From Mobula hypostoma (lineage: Eukaryota): a stretch of 64,000 nt of DNA. Within the stretch, counting starts at the first letter, position 1. Every line of letters starts with the position of its first letter. Positions 62,161-64,000 of the stretch are shown here, piece after piece. The position numbers were made by a program, and so were the translations under genes. Below the pieces are notes generated by a model that had not been told where the DNA came from, made no database searches, and was given only the letters and a program-made list of their open reading frames with translations. The stretch is from the NCBI RefSeq assembly GCF_963921235.1, contig NC_086108.1, positions 27,902,001-27,966,000 of the forward strand, written 5' to 3'.

Positions 62161-62959
62161 TACCTCTTCTACTTAAATTGATGGGTAGACCATAACAGAA
62201 AGATGTAATTCATCTCAGAGCTTTGATGATTATTCAGGTGGGTTTCCAATATCTATTGTTATGCTGTAGCGCAATGATTCTCTATGACCATAATCACCAT
62301 TCCAATAGCAAATAGGTCTGTCCAGGCTCCCCTCACCCCTATGCTGTCCTGCTGATTTACATTCCCATTGAGAATCATTGCTTTCAGAATTCTGGCCCTG
62401 GTGGAAGATAGAACTGGTTAATTCATGAGCTACACATAACTCCTGAAATCCTGTGTTGTCAATATGCCCCACCATAGTAAGGGTCCTAAATTACTTACCG
62501 GCAGCAATAGGCCAATACTAATTTTGGTCAGTTTCACAATACTAATTATAGCTAACTACAATCAAGAATGAATTTCTTGGCTATTCTACAATGCCATAAA
62601 ACTGCTTTTATTTGTGTGATTGTAATCTCTTTATTGTACTATTCATGTAAGTTCTTCCAATCCCTGAGCACAAAATTCTATTCCATAAAAAAATGTGCTG
62701 GAACTTGAGAATATTTGTGGCAAGTCCAGCAGTGTTTGTTTGCTGAGTGTCATTATACATCAGCTTTAGTGTATATTGGTAACTATTAACATCACATTCT
62801 TTATCCAAATGCTGCTTACATTTTAGACCTATTGATCCAATGCTGGATCAGTATTGGCAGTACACAGGCTGCCTGTCTAATTTGTCTATCAATGAAAAAA
62901 TGTACAGTAAGCAGAAACTCAAATCTATAGTTTTACACTCACCCATGCACCAGCCTACA

Positions 62960-63140
62960 GACGCATGCTCATGCAAACATATGTACACGTATGTGTACAC
63001 AAACACACACATACACTAGTGTGCATGGTTGCCAACCATACATATACAGTATATATAGTGTATATAGTATACATACCCCTCCCCAAATGCACAGATGATA
63101 CAGACCTACATGTATGCATACAATGACACATGACATACAT
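62960..63140. repeat. Imperfect alternating purine-pyrimidine tract (CA/TA/TG)
   Basis: Direct read. Confidence 0.7.
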
Positions 63141-63179
63141 AGAGGTTGAACCCAACTTGTGCAGAGTGCTAAATATCAA

Positions 63180-63495
63180 CTGCACAGAGTATACAACAGG
63201 TGTGTTCCAGTCGGAAGGAAGGAGAAGGATGGCAAGGTAAAAGAAACTTGGATATTGAAAGAGGTGATGAATTTAGTCCAGAAGGAAAAAGGAAAATTAT
63301 GTAAAGCTTAGGAAGCTAGAATCAAGCAGAGCTCTTGGGGATTATAAAGAAGCCAAAAAGAACTCAAGAAGAAAATTAGGAAAACCAGGACTGGCCATGG
63401 AAAGTCATTGGAAAGTAGGATTGCTGAAAATCCCAAGGCATTCAACACTTACGTTGAGAGAAAGTAGATAGCCAGAGAAAGGGTAGTTCCGAAAG
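63180..63495 (+). mobile_element. CR1 ORF2 tether-region fragment
   Basis: KELKKKIRKTRTGHGKSLESRIAENPKAFNTYV. Confidence 0.8.
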
Positions 63496-63504
63496 GTTGT
63501 AACA

Positions 63505-63648
63505 GCCGGTTGGGGATAAGCTCCCATGACCTACTAAATGCTCCCCATGGCATGCATCACAAATAGTCTCTGACAACCAAGTCCAGCTCCTGGCCTTCAT
63601 GTGTGGCTTAGTCACTAAGCCCAGCGGAACCGTTTCTACTGACAGGAG
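63505..63648 (+). ncRNA. Decayed HDV-like ribozyme fold
   Basis: P1 GCCGGTT/GCCCAGC (2 mismatches), P2 CTCCTG/CAGGAG, P3 GCC/GGC, L3 TTCATGTGT, J1/4 G(G), short P4 GAA/TTC, J4/2 CTGA. Confidence 0.5.
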
Positions 63649-64000
63649 AAGGGGAAAAGGGGGGTTATGATGCCTTAAAACCAGTTGCTTCAGGCAGATC
63701 AGCCGTGGCTGGCAGCTCAGCTAAGAGAAGGAAAACTCTGAACTTAATGTCCTCTGCCTTATGGCCATATCTACTCATTGGGAAGGCTTCAGGAGTAAAC
63801 TCTGAGAAAATATCGGGAGCTGGAGTCCCTAAGGCAATCCTATGTTGGGTTCAATGCTGACTGGCAACTCTTGCGATGCCACTGATGTCAAACTGTATCA
63901 CTCTCTGCCGTTCCTTTGGATTTCATCAGTTGCGTGTAAAGGGGGAGCCTGCTGCATGGGCAACAGCTTGCTCTCCATATCGCACTGCCCTGGCTTGTGT
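63505..64000 (+). mobile_element. RTE-like non-coding element with apparent 5' end (runs off the window)
   Basis: Homologous to 40640-41032 and 24731-24975; no ORF; starts where the CR1 fragment stops. The RTE affinity is recalled, not demonstrated. Confidence 0.7.

Overview
This is eukaryotic, repeat-dense DNA that looks intronic or intergenic. The repeat mix (CR1 LINEs, Rex1/Babar-like LINEs, HE1-like V-SINEs, Penelope elements) suggests a cartilaginous fish, probably a ray; that assignment is inference. I could not recognise any intact host protein-coding gene: the longer ORFs with recognisable homology are transposon fragments or a stop-free 36-bp minisatellite. The most informative structures are: (1) an old, internally deleted endogenous retrovirus at 20108-25652, with TG..CA LTRs, a tRNA-Ser-like PBS, a decayed integrase and a CTGT TSD, inserted into a V-SINE; (2) two Penelope GIY-YIG copies whose ends carry minimal type-I hammerhead ribozyme motifs (10245-10280 minus, 24242-24277 plus), plus several short inverted derivatives; (3) a decayed HDV-like ribozyme fold at the apparent 5' end of a non-coding, probably RTE-derived element (63505-63648); (4) two TSD-flanked solo LTRs, one containing a homogeneous 36-bp array; (5) a chromodomain-bearing Gypsy pol remnant; (6) a composite Tc1-type MITE present twice. 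No clearly novel gene system is supported. Boundaries of degenerate repeats are approximate (tens of bp). Boundaries defined by a TSD were read base by base.
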